Sequence record: NC_101842.1
Strand: one strand, 5' to 3'
Source of the DNA: a phage
Length of the DNA: 64,000 bases
Shown here: piece by piece, positions 28,643 through 36,986 of the stretch
How the letters are laid out: each line of letters starts with the position of its first letter
Numbering within the stretch: the first letter of the stretch is position 1
Made by a program: the position numbers and the translations under genes
Notes under the pieces: model-generated
What the model was told of the DNA's origin: nothing
The model's input: the letters and a program-made list of their open reading frames with translations, nothing else
Database searches by the model: none

Positions 28643-28841
28643 TGCCACGTTAATTAATCCCTTTAGTGAAGATTTGAAGCCAGCCGCCTGGCGTGATGGA
28701 TTCAATAACGAACGCTTTATTTTCAAGCCTGATCTTGAGGAATTTTATAACAATGGATCGAACAACGACAGAGATAATTTTTCTTGTGGTGTGCGTAGTG
28801 ATGGTACTCCTGGTGGCCATTGTAAACCACGTCACTACTAA
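28620..28841 (+). CDS. hypothetical protein
   Basis: ATG after GAGAGGA; overlaps upstream gene by ~23 nt in another frame. Confidence 0.4.
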   Translation: MWANRLNNATLINPFSEDLKPAAWRDGFNNERFIFKPDLEEFYNNGSNNDRDNFSCGVRSDGTPGGHCKPRHY

Positions 28842-28862
28842 CAGGGGGGAAAGGGGGAGACG

Positions 28863-28982
28863 ATGACACCCAAGGATAAGCCCCGCACCGATAAGGCGCG
28901 CCGTGTTATGGTATGGCTTGAGATCATCGCCCTTGAAATATTGTTAGGGGTAGGGATGTACTTTATCGCTGTAAGTAACTAA
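28863..28982 (+). CDS. small membrane peptide (39 aa)
   Basis: Not in ORF track; GGGGGAG RBS; MTPKDKPRTDKARRVMVWLEIIALEILLGVGMYFIAVSN. Confidence 0.45.
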   Translation: MTPKDKPRTDKARRVMVWLEIIALEILLGVGMYFIAVSN

Positions 28983-28986
28983 GAAC

Positions 28987-29015
28987 GGCCCCCCGATCAT
29001 GGGGGCCTATCTTTT
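28987..29015 (+). terminator. rho-independent terminator
   Basis: GGCCCCCC-GATCAT-GGGGGCC then TATCTTTT. Confidence 0.6.
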
Positions 29016-29030
29016 AAAAAAAAAAAAAAA
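29016..29030. repeat. A15 homopolymer
   Basis: 15 consecutive A directly after the terminator. Confidence 0.9.
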
Positions 29031-29043
29031 TTCTTCCGGGGTG

Positions 29044-29096
29044 TTGCAATCCGGTCCGGAATGTGGATAATAACAATCAACGGGGAGCTAATCCCC
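29044..29096 (+). promoter_or_regulatory. sigma70-like promoter plus 5'-UTR hairpin
   Basis: TTGCAA, 17 nt, ATAATA; hairpin GGGGAGCTAATCCCC. Confidence 0.45.
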
Positions 29097-29127
29097 ACCA
29101 CCACAAAAACCAGAAAGGAGAAACAAA

Positions 29128-29328
29128 ATGAGCAACAATATCCGCGTTATTAACTTCAAAAAAGAAGAAAAAATTGCCGTGCTGATTGACGGTCAAGAAA
29201 TCTTCAAGGGCGACTATGAAGATCATCAAACGGCGATTAGTATCACTCGCGTGATTGGTTACCATAATTTTTACCCCCAAGGCGCTGAGGCAGCGGTTAA
29301 ACGAATCAAAGAGATTGTAGGCCTGTAA
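29128..29328 (+). CDS. hypothetical protein
   Basis: AAAGGAGAAA RBS. Confidence 0.6.
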   Translation: MSNNIRVINFKKEEKIAVLIDGQEIFKGDYEDHQTAISITRVIGYHNFYPQGAEAAVKRIKEIVGL

Positions 29329-29330
29329 AA

Positions 29331-29376
29331 TTTATTTTTAGATGGCCTTGACTCCAGGGCCATCAATAAAGTAAAT
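29331..29376 (+). promoter_or_regulatory. repeated palindromic promoter element, copy 3
   Basis: TTTATTTTTAGATGGCC-TTGACTCCAG-GGCCATCAATAAAGTAAAT. Confidence 0.5.
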
Positions 29377-29422
29377 TTAAACCCTGTTAAATATACCACG
29401 CAGTTAACAAGGAGTGATAGAC

Positions 29423-29722
29423 ATGTTTATCCAGGCTAATAATCTTTATTTCTTTGATGGTCAGATCGTAGACGGTGTGGAAGTGGAGATCACCGGGTGC
29501 CCTGGCGGTCAGGCTATGACTTTTCGGAATAATGCCTTTGATGATTCTCATATCGTTATGAGAATGGAAGTTACGAAGCTGGACGACAAGAAAACACTTA
29601 TTGACTATTCTGTGAAAGATCATCCAGACTACCGCATGATCCATGGCGATTTGTGCATTGTTGACCGTGACAAGGTGGGCGGCATTGTGATCGCTATTGT
29701 GAACGATGTTTTCTCAAACTAA
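29423..29722 (+). CDS. hypothetical protein
   Basis: AAGGAGTGATAGAC RBS; track ORF trimmed. Confidence 0.6.
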   Translation: MFIQANNLYFFDGQIVDGVEVEITGCPGGQAMTFRNNAFDDSHIVMRMEVTKLDDKKTLIDYSVKDHPDYRMIHGDLCIVDRDKVGGIVIAIVNDVFSN

Positions 29723-29739
29723 TTTCAGCAGGTGATTTT

Positions 29740-30090
29740 ATGAAAGTCAAACTATATTACCTTAATGAGCTTAACCCCCTTGCCCAGGTCCGCGCCCTAG
29801 CTAATACCTTGATTTGTGAGAAATCTGCATATTGTGTTGAGCTTAACGCCATGCGTGAACGTCTCAAAGGGGGTTACTTTGACATCCATGCTGCAATCAA
29901 CGGCCTGAATATGGAATTTATACGCTTACGTAACAGCCGCCGGAATCTGGCAAGAATGGAACAAGATCCGGCCCACCTTCGTAAGCTGGTTATTGAAAAT
30001 CATCTGATGTTTAATGCCGAGGGTGATTATTACCATTTTCACCGCAAACGCTGGTACCGTGGCGGCAATACAGGCAAGAATGCAAAATAA
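29740..30090 (+). CDS. hypothetical protein
   Basis: ORF in array; basic C-terminus. Confidence 0.55.
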   Translation: MKVKLYYLNELNPLAQVRALANTLICEKSAYCVELNAMRERLKGGYFDIHAAINGLNMEFIRLRNSRRNLARMEQDPAHLRKLVIENHLMFNAEGDYYHFHRKRWYRGGNTGKNAK

Positions 30091-30128
30091 GGCCCCAGGC
30101 AGGGCCTGCAGCGATATAATCACATAAA

Positions 30129-30160
30129 GGCTATGCGGTTGCATGGCCTTTATTATTTTA
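30129..30160 (+). terminator. rho-independent terminator
   Basis: GGCTATGC-GGTT-GCATGGCC then TTTATTATTTTA. Confidence 0.55.
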
Positions 30161-30291
30161 GCGTTACAGCGGCCCCAAGGCGCTTAAAAAATTTTTAAAG
30201 AAGTACTTGCATCAAGTCCTACAATATGGATAATAGGACGTGTCAGGGGGGCGGCCCCCAATCATTAACCGGATAGATAGGAGTTAAAATC

Positions 30292-30576
30292 ATGGCTATT
30301 GTCACCGTTGGCGATGTAGTGGAAATGGAAGCAAAATACTTAAAAGCGGGTATGCATATCCTACGGAATGATCAAGAATTGTTATTAACGATGGTAGACT
30401 ATAATCCCGGCCAGGATTATCCAAGCATCGACTACTTTTTTGAGTATGTTGATGAAGAATTGAAAGAGGATGAGGCTTATCAGGGTGAATTCTGCAATTT
30501 CTTTTGCCCTGATGAGGTTGTAAAAGTTATCTATCAACCTGGAGTACCTTTCCCGCTGCACGCTATCAATAAATAA
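30292..30576 (+). CDS. hypothetical protein
   Basis: TAGGAGTTAAAATC RBS; upstream hairpin GGGGGCGGCCCCC. Confidence 0.6.
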   Translation: MAIVTVGDVVEMEAKYLKAGMHILRNDQELLLTMVDYNPGQDYPSIDYFFEYVDEELKEDEAYQGEFCNFFCPDEVVKVIYQPGVPFPLHAINK

Positions 30577-30630
30577 ACCTGGCGGGGCCGAAAAGGCCCC
30601 AATTATGAAAATAAAGAGAGGTAAATCATC

Positions 30631-30864
30631 ATGATGGAACAAATTAAACGCGCTGAGGCTATTAATGGCAATGTGATCTATTTTGTCAGCAAAAACGAAA
30701 AAGGCGTACCATATGCGGCGGTAATAGTACAACCTGACGGCGATTATTGGTTTACTGTATACGGATCTTATTCTTTCGGGCGTCCGGTTCATGATAGAAT
30801 TTTGAAAGTAGCAAATCCGACCGGGAAAAATATCACAGCAGAAAAATTTTTTGAAAATAGTTGA
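30631..30864 (+). CDS. hypothetical protein
   Basis: AGAGAGG RBS. Confidence 0.55.
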   Translation: MMEQIKRAEAINGNVIYFVSKNEKGVPYAAVIVQPDGDYWFTVYGSYSFGRPVHDRILKVANPTGKNITAEKFFENS

Positions 30865-30916
30865 CATGACCATATAAGACTGTAATATATAAATCAAAAG
30901 GGGGGCAACAAGCCCC
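30861..30916 (+). promoter_or_regulatory. sigma70-like promoter plus 5'-UTR hairpin
   Basis: TTGACA, 16 nt, TAATAT; hairpin GGGGGGCAACAAGCCCC. Confidence 0.55.
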
Positions 30917-30941
30917 ACCAACCACAAAGAGGATAAAAATC

Positions 30942-31121
30942 ATGGCTATTATTGCAAAGACTGAGATCGTAGGCTTAGATTCTATTCTCCTCGCATATGA
31001 GGAAGCTATAGAAATGTATGTGGTTTCCTATGGTGAATATATCCGTGAATATAAATCTATTGATCTAGCTTTTGAATGTTATATTCGCCAGGTCAATAAA
31101 GCATATGATGATTATCGTTAA
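30942..31121 (+). CDS. small hypothetical protein (59 aa)
   Basis: Not in ORF track; AAAGAGGATAAAAATC RBS behind promoter and hairpin. Confidence 0.5.
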   Translation: MAIIAKTEIVGLDSILLAYEEAIEMYVVSYGEYIREYKSIDLAFECYIRQVNKAYDDYR

Positions 31122-31203
31122 AATAGTTTGACAATAGTCAACAATCTGGTAAAGTGTACTACATAGCGCGGGAATACTTCCCGCCATTAATGAGGGTAAT
31201 TTA

Positions 31204-31341
31204 ATGAAAACTTTCAACGCAACAGCCTCGACAATTGGTTATATTATTACAGTACAAGCCGTGGATCTGGTAGCAGCAGCAAACAAGATTAAAAAGATGA
31301 TTCCGCCAGGTAGTGAATTTTCCGTTTGGGAAGTAAAATAA
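31204..31341 (+). CDS. small hypothetical protein (45 aa)
   Basis: Not in ORF track; promoter-hairpin-RBS cassette nearly duplicated at the next gene. Confidence 0.45.
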   Translation: MKTFNATASTIGYIITVQAVDLVAAANKIKKMIPPGSEFSVWEVK

Positions 31342-31424
31342 ATCTTGACAATAGTTTATTACTTGATAGGCTGTATTTCGTAGGGCGGGGCAATAAGGCA
31401 ACGCCCATTAATGAGGGTAGAATC

Positions 31425-31529
31425 ATGTTAGAGAAAATTTTCACGGTTGTAGTAGTTGGCCTGGCATTATCGGTTGGAGTGGTTGCAACTATGGCTAACA
31501 TGATCCTATCTTCCCACGGTATCGGTTAA
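31425..31529 (+). CDS. small hydrophobic peptide (34 aa)
   Basis: MLEKIFTVVVVGLALSVGVVATMANMILSSHGIG behind a duplicated cassette (TTGACAATAGT...hairpin...AATGAGGGTA). Confidence 0.45.
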   Translation: MLEKIFTVVVVGLALSVGVVATMANMILSSHGIG

Positions 31530-31530
31530 G

Positions 31531-31755
31531 GTGAATCAAATGATCACGAATAAGACAGGTAAAACAGAATTTTTACGCGGCTTGCAAATAGGTAAGCCTG
31601 AGATCTGGCATTGCACTAAAACACCACGTGACGAAATGAAAGACTTCACCGCCACGCTGCAACGGGTAAAGATATCCATCGCGCAGAAAAAGGCCTTGAT
31701 AGTGGTGGAAGGTGAGATCCCTCAAACCGTTGTTATAGTTGAGCGTACAGCATAG
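31531..31755 (+). CDS. hypothetical protein
   Basis: GTG start directly after upstream stop. Confidence 0.5.
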   Translation: MNQMITNKTGKTEFLRGLQIGKPEIWHCTKTPRDEMKDFTATLQRVKISIAQKKALIVVEGEIPQTVVIVERTA

Positions 31756-31846
31756 TTTAATTTATAGCGATACCTGAAAATTAACCAATAAATCATAAAC
31801 AGGCGGTTACCGCCGCCTTAAACGTAGCAGAAAGAGGATAGACACA

Positions 31847-32131
31847 ATGAAAAAGATGATCGCAGTAGTTGCCCTGGTTGTTGGACTTAATGCGCCTGTA
31901 ATGGCTAAAGAGCTGGCAAAAGAGGTTGATCTAACGGATATCCATGCCGTCAATCAAATCGGGGTTACTTATCGCTTATGCCTTGCCGCTAAAACTTTTA
32001 ATGACGGTACAACAGAGTACTACGGATTCGAGGGTATCCGGTGCGGTGAGCTTGCTCGCGACCTTAAGGAAGATCCAGACCTGGAGGATCTACCCATAAC
32101 CGTGAACGGTAAAGCTTACGTTAACCGTTAA
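31847..32131 (+). CDS. secreted/periplasmic small protein
   Basis: AAAGAGGATAGAC RBS; signal peptide MKKMIAVVALVVGLNAPVMA. Confidence 0.65.
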   Translation: MKKMIAVVALVVGLNAPVMAKELAKEVDLTDIHAVNQIGVTYRLCLAAKTFNDGTTEYYGFEGIRCGELARDLKEDPDLEDLPITVNGKAYVNR

Positions 32132-32133
32132 CC

Positions 32134-32268
32134 GTGAAAAAGATAATCATTACCTTGGGGATTGTGGCGGGATCGCTGGCGCTCTTTCCCCTTATGGTTA
32201 GATATGTGCTGATCAGTATTGTCCTGGTGGTCAGTGATCTACTAGAAACGGTTGGCACCTTGTTTTAA
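32134..32268 (+). CDS. possible small membrane peptide (44 aa, GTG start)
   Basis: Hydrophobic ORF; no clear RBS. Confidence 0.3.
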   Translation: MKKIIITLGIVAGSLALFPLMVRYVLISIVLVVSDLLETVGTLF

Positions 32269-32280
32269 AGAGCGATAAAA

Positions 32281-32472
32281 ATGAATGTTGAACAAGTTAG
32301 AAAGGTATTGGCGGTACTGCGTTATCATAATCATAGAAAGGTCATAGACGATCCTGATTATGTTGATTCAAGTCTGGAAGAGGATACACTACAAGCCATA
32401 AGTAACATGCAAGAATTGCTAAAGCGCATGACAGAGAAAAACCGACCGGACTACATAGGCGAAAAAATATAA
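32281..32472 (+). CDS. hypothetical protein
   Basis: ORF followed by terminator. Confidence 0.55.
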   Translation: MNVEQVRKVLAVLRYHNHRKVIDDPDYVDSSLEEDTLQAISNMQELLKRMTEKNRPDYIGEKI

Positions 32473-32487
32473 TCCTTATTAACTAGA

Positions 32488-32518
32488 AAACAGGGCTTGC
32501 AATGGTCCTGTTTTTTGT
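32488..32518 (+). terminator. rho-independent terminator
   Basis: AAACAGG-loop-CCTGTTT then TTTTGTTA. Confidence 0.5.
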
Positions 32519-32530
32519 TATACTTATTAC

Positions 32531-32578
32531 ACGGCAGGCACCTGGCGACGGGGGGAGACAATCACCGGGCCTGCCTGT
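32531..32578. repeat. inverted copy of the GC-rich GTCTCCC element seen at 23.2-23.4 kb
   Basis: GGGAGACAATCACCGGGCCTGCC is the reverse complement of GGCAGGCCCGGTGATTGTCTCCC at ~23245; the left half matches the second 23.4-kb copy. Confidence 0.6.
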
Positions 32579-32601
32579 CATATAAGAACTATAAAAACCG
32601 T

Positions 32602-32660
32602 TGACATCTGCCAGGTGGTGGGGTAACATTTATCTTGAAGGGGCAAAAGTGCCCACACAA
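32602..32660 (+). promoter_or_regulatory. sigma70-like promoter plus 5'-UTR hairpin
   Basis: TTGACA ... TAACAT; hairpin GGGCAAAAGTGCCC. Confidence 0.45.
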
Positions 32661-32683
32661 CAACCAGAAGAGAGGAAAACATT

Positions 32684-32956
32684 ATGTCAAGCTGGATTAA
32701 TCAAGAAGTCGAATCACGTTTTAATGCTATTTGGGATCTCATCGAAAAAGAGGACGGAACATCAAGCCCTTATCTCAATAATCTTGAATTCCATTTCGTG
32801 GAAGCGATGAACGCAGAACATGATCACGAAGGTGGTGCGGATGAGTTCGCTAAATGGTATGGCTTCAACAATGCCAACGAAATGATCGAGGCGGTTGTAC
32901 TCCAGGCTGAGGAAGATTATCAATTAAAAACGCTTGAATTCTGCCGCCGTAAGTAA
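32684..32956 (+). CDS. acidic hypothetical protein
   Basis: AGAGAGGAAAAC RBS. Confidence 0.6.
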   Translation: MSSWINQEVESRFNAIWDLIEKEDGTSSPYLNNLEFHFVEAMNAEHDHEGGADEFAKWYGFNNANEMIEAVVLQAEEDYQLKTLEFCRRK

Positions 32957-33018
32957 TAAGATAATGACACGGGCCAAAAGGCCCACTAAACAAAAACCAC
33001 ATAAAGAGGAAAAACATC

Positions 33019-33282
33019 ATGAAACGTCTTGACCAGCTCAAACTAGTTCAATATATGGCTTATCGTGTTCTGGAAGTCCAGAAAGGTAGCAAAAAAGAGG
33101 TTTGCGAGAAAGCTTATAAGATCTTTACCCGCAAAAAAGATGACTGGATGCTACGCCAGACCAAAAAGGCTGACATCTTGGGGTACCTGGAAGAAGAGAT
33201 CCGACTTGAAGAACAAGAAGAGATCCGCCGTAGTGAGGCAGATTATCAGGCAGCTTGGGAAAACTGGATGAGCAACAAATAA
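33019..33282 (+). CDS. hypothetical protein
   Basis: AAAGAGGAAAAAC RBS after hairpin GGGCCAAAAGGCCC. Confidence 0.6.
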   Translation: MKRLDQLKLVQYMAYRVLEVQKGSKKEVCEKAYKIFTRKKDDWMLRQTKKADILGYLEEEIRLEEQEEIRRSEADYQAAWENWMSNK

Positions 33283-33301
33283 TACAACAAGATGAACGGT
33301 C

Positions 33302-33327
33302 AGGGGCTTAAAGCCCCTTTCTTTTTG
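33302..33327 (+). terminator. rho-independent terminator (end of + strand island)
   Basis: AGGGGC-TTAAA-GCCCCT then TTCTTTTTG. Confidence 0.7.
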
Positions 33328-33929
33328 TCTTCTCTTTTCCTACCATAAACGGCCCTACCTGGCAAGTGGAATAATTGACGAGCCATCAATCCCACACACT
33401 GTACAAATATACATGGAAAATAACTATTGCATAATTTTTCATTGTGTGGTAGCAAGGCCATTTTTACCCGTTTTACCTTCCAAAATTGCACGTAATGCCG
33501 CTATTGCACAAATTTTAACCTGATGCACATCTCCAATATCTTGTCAACAACTAAAAATCTTTATAAGTCATGCACTTACATAACCACAAAAGCGTGTTCT
33601 ACGTGAAAAATCGAGTATAACTATAGCCGCCAGATCTCAGAATTTACGTACGCTCACCAGTCTATAGCCTGCTAAGTATTTATTCCAACCATAGAATAAC
33701 GGAATAGTCAATACCTGCATAAAATAATTATTCGTGTAAACTGCATAACATAAATCGGCTAGGATGTCAACATTTTTCGTAAACAGCTCGAAATTATAAC
33801 GGTGAGTTATAATAAACAGAGAAATCTTTAGTCGTCTAATGTTTACTGTACATTACTATACTGACTGGAATCATTAGATGACTAAGAGAAAGATAAGAAA
33901 TCATTAACAATGCAATTGTTTTATTCGTA

Positions 33930-34115
33930 ACAATAAGGCAACTATGCAAACGAATGGCATGGCGCGACGGAGTCGCGACATAATATAAAAGCAGTAACCA
34001 TCACCCCCGTGATAGTTTGTCTGCAAACTATTAATCAGATCATAGTTGCCTTGTATTTAGTTAATCATGACATAACAAGCAAGGCAACTATAGATCTGCT
34101 AATAGTTGCCCTGCT
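33930..34115. repeat. iteron cluster: AAGGCAACTAT motif x4 (two direct, two inverted)
   Basis: Sites at ~33935 (+), 34042 (-), 34081 (+), 34102 (-); the last two form a 9-bp-arm palindrome around AGATCT. Confidence 0.6.
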
Positions 34116-34194
34116 TTTATATTATGTCATGCTAATTATAATCAGTGCGATTATTGTCATGTATAATTATTGTCATGCAAACGAATGGCATGGC
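33944..34194. repeat. 20-nt exact direct repeat ATGCAAACGAATGGCATGGC
   Basis: Copies at ~33944-33963 and ~34175-34194. Confidence 0.65.
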
Positions 34195-34199
34195 TGATT

Positions 34200-34295
34200 A
34201 TCGGTGTGTAAACAGTCAATCATGTAAATGGTTAGCATGTGAACAATCAGGAATGTAAACAATCCAGTGTGTAAACTAATAGGTGTGTAAAAGTG
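34200..34295. repeat. array of GTGTAAAC-like motifs
   Basis: Six copies (GTGTGTAAACAG, CATGTAAATGG, CATGTGAACAA, GAATGTAAACAA, GTGTGTAAACTA, GTGTGTAAAAG) at 11-22-bp spacing; more copies at ~33731, 34546, 35195, 35270. Confidence 0.6.
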
Positions 34296-34849
34296 TCATG
34301 TTGTGTCAGTTAGGTCACATTATGTCAGACAAGTTTTTCCCCTCTTTGTCAAGTGCTGCATGAAAAATTTACAAGCTTGTATGGTAGCATTTTTGCGGCC
34401 CTGTTTACATTCAGGAGTGTATGTATAATCCTTGGTGTGTGGGCGTTTAGACGTCTAGACGGTTGGAAGTATGCAGGTCAATATCTAATCTATTGGCTGC
34501 TAACTATATCCCACACAAATGATAAGAAATATAATTGTTATATGCGTAAACTGTAACTCATGTTATCAATCCCTGTATGTATCGCCAGTGGTGCGCATAA
34601 TGGGTATTATGTTAAATTGCCCGTAATGATAACTATTCTCACAATGATAGGTATTCTCATTCACCCCCACAAGATAGGTTGCAAATGTTGTGCCACTGTG
34701 TGAACGGCCTAGCCTATTAATTTGCCTCACTGCCTTGATATTTGAGAATTGTTATAAGAATGAGAAGTATTCCCATTTCGTCCGCCTGGCAGCACTCCTG
34801 TAGGTCAGGTCAAAATCGTGGTAGAATTGGGCCTGTTCAGATATTTCTG

Positions 34850-35065
34850 GCTGACTCTTCAGGTCTGTGTGGGAAAAGCCAACCTCTCCGGCGGGGCATG
34901 GGGTCATGACGGGAAAATTGCAGGTCAATTAAAAAATTTACGTGGTGTATGAAGCGCTCTTCAGGTAAGGCATGTATTATGGGATGAAACCCTCTTCAGG
35001 CAATGATATTTGTGGGTGTGATATTTGCTGGAAAGCCAGATATGACGGGACTCCCGGCGGGGCAG
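34850..35065. repeat. degenerate ~140-bp tandem repeat with CTCTTCAGG and CCGGCGGGGCA motifs
   Basis: CTCTTCAGG at ~34855, 34957, 34992 (also 35406, 36056); CCGGCGGGGCA(T/G)GGG at ~34888 and ~35055; GCAGGTCAAT at ~34473 and ~34920. Confidence 0.5.
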
Positions 35066-35766
35066 GGGTAGTACAGACAGGGAAAATATGGAGGATGTGG
35101 TTGGGTAAATTGATCAGGCAGGTAGAGTATGGAATATGTTACAGGTATGTTAAATAGGGAGGCTGAATATCTGTAGGATTTGTGTGTAAAATCAAAGACT
35201 TAAGTGGTGTTGTGGTATTTTCTATAAATAATTCAAGTTTAATAGGTAATATTTGTCTCTATTCGCTTTGTGTGGTAAACAGATTCAGATGAGATTGGTT
35301 TACAAGTGTATACATAATATACAAATTAAAGATACAAGAAACCCCCCTCCCCCTTCGGCTACCATTCACCTTTTCCTCTGACTGGTACTTAAACACTTAT
35401 TCAGACTCTTCAGGTTATCACCCATATATCATATGGCAGTGACTGGTGTCCTCCGGCCCCTCTTTCGTCACCCGTCCGCTTCGCCATGCTAATGCCATAG
35501 CCAATGGTTCGGTTGTTCACCCTGCTCACTCAGGTGTATCTCCATACCCCTTCAAACCGAAGAGAACAGAAAACCCGAATTACTCGGTAAAAGAAAAGAG
35601 AAGAACTTAATTTTATCAGGATAGGCAAGAATGTCAAGGCATGACTGCTCACTAAACAAGCAAACAGTCATGTGTGGGAGGTAAGTGATTGTGGTGGTGG
35701 GAAATTTAGTTGAAAGATGTGCTACAGGTGCGCTTCCAGCACTTTAGCAGGGCAGCTAATTGTGTG

Positions 35767-35982
35767 TCAGTCCAGCGGTTCATCCTCTACTTCACTGAAA
35801 TCAATGTTCATGGTCTCTTCCCAACCATCGATCTCAGCACAAGAGTGGAGTTCTTTAGGACTTACTCCCAAAGCATCAGCAACAGAGTCCATATTTAACA
35901 CCTCTGGCAGGTATGATTCATCGAATTCAAGGTAAATCAGGCCACGAGTGTTGTCAGCTCCACCAAATATTTCTATCTTCAT
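35767..35982 (-). CDS. acidic hypothetical protein
   Basis: First gene (lowest coordinate) of the - strand array. Confidence 0.55.
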   Translation of the reverse strand: MKIEIFGGADNTRGLIYLEFDESYLPEVLNMDSVADALGVSPKELHSCAEIDGWEETMNIDFSEVEDEPLD

Positions 35983-36103
35983 GAAATCTCCTCTGGAAAT
36001 GAGAGTGTGAACAGGGTTTTATACGTTCCGATGCACAGGAATTATGCACGTTTGCCTCTTCAGGTCATGCTTTAGCATGAGGAACCTGTGTGGGCTCGGT
36101 GCT

Positions 36104-36316
36104 TCATAGTCTACCACCCCTGAACTCTTCGTGCTCAGGCATAATAGAGAACCAGATATCTACGATGTCCTCCCACGTCAGGTCATCAGCCTCAGGATCT
36201 GTCTGGGACGAAGATGAAGAGTCCTCAGAATATAAGTTTTCCTCTTTAACTGGCTCATCCAAGGGACATATGGTCACTCCTTCGGATGTCTCTTCAGATA
36301 CATGTGTGTTGATCAT
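36104..36316 (-). CDS. acidic hypothetical protein
   Basis: ORF in - strand array. Confidence 0.55.
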   Translation of the reverse strand: MINTHVSEETSEGVTICPLDEPVKEENLYSEDSSSSSQTDPEADDLTWEDIVDIWFSIMPEHEEFRGGRL

Positions 36317-36414
36317 GTTCCACCCGTGAGTATTCCGGCAACAGCCGCTATGGAAGTAATGATCATCAGGATCACCACTAAAACTTCAGACAATGTTCTC
36401 ATTGTGTATTCCAT
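36313..36414 (-). CDS. small hydrophobic peptide (33 aa)
   Basis: Not in ORF track; MEYTMRTLSEVLVVILMIITSIAAVAGILTGGT; stop overlaps downstream start (ATGA). Confidence 0.4.
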   Translation of the reverse strand: MEYTMRTLSEVLVVILMIITSIAAVAGILTGGT

Positions 36415-36619
36415 ATTCTCCAAACTGTGTGGATACTATCACGGTAGCGGTAATGTGTCAACAGAAACGCCGCGAGGGTTTGGTTAAAATCCGAGCGTAT
36501 GGTGATTTGGGTCAAAACGGACGTGCGTTCTCGCTACGCTCGAAAGAGAGATTTGTTTGTAGGAAGCTCTTAAACGCTCTGTAATGAGATTATCTGTCCA
36601 AGGTATGCAATCGTGCACC

Positions 36620-36650
36620 AGATAAAGAAAAGGACGCCACAGAGCGTCCT
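36620..36650 (-). terminator. rho-independent terminator on - strand
   Basis: GGACGC-loop-GCGTCC followed on the - strand by TTTTCTTTATC. Confidence 0.55.
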
Positions 36651-36674
36651 AGGTGTCTTAAATTTGATATTTTG

Positions 36675-36986
36675 CTATACCCATGAGGGCTTATCAAGGT
36701 TGGAGTAGCTGAAAGGTGTCAAAAGGTGACTGTCAAAATCTCTCAAACTATCTAAATCTTTTTCCTCGTCCTGACACCATCTGTGCCTACATTTATTGTT
36801 GTAGTGCATAGAATGCATAGCGTTCTGCAATTTAACAGGCACAAGTGATTCAGGAGTAGATAGTATTGTTGGGTATGCCAGAACCACCTCAAACAGTGGA
36901 AACACATCGAAACTAAAGTCTACCTCTGCAGAGGTTGATGGCATGTAAGAGTATTTAGCCGCCTTTGTAGACATAATCCACCTCAC
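36675..36986 (-). CDS. hypothetical protein
   Basis: ORF in - strand array. Confidence 0.55.
   Translation of the reverse strand: MRWIMSTKAAKYSYMPSTSAEVDFSFDVFPLFEVVLAYPTILSTPESLVPVKLQNAMHSMHYNNKCRHRWCQDEEKDLDSLRDFDSHLLTPFSYSNLDKPSWV

Noticed and set aside
30584-30601. Hairpin GGGGCC-GAAAA-GGCCCC as a terminator
   Set aside because: No U-tract follows; more likely a 5'-UTR or intergenic structure like those in the neighbouring cassettes.
23215-32578. Inverted GC-rich elements as ends of a transposon or invertible segment
   Set aside because: No transposase, invertase or integrase in or near the island and no target-site duplication seen; reported only as a repeat-bracketed island.
34009-35157. 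Track ORFs inside the iteron region (34009-34197, 34353-34556, 34972-35157)
   Set aside because: No RBS, they overlap the repeat arrays, and their composition is that of AT-rich non-coding DNA.
22609-35760. tRNA genes in the large non-coding stretches
   Set aside because: Scanned by eye for T-loop GGTTCGAATCC-like boxes with a matching acceptor stem; none found, so no tRNA is called. A proper tRNA scan should confirm.
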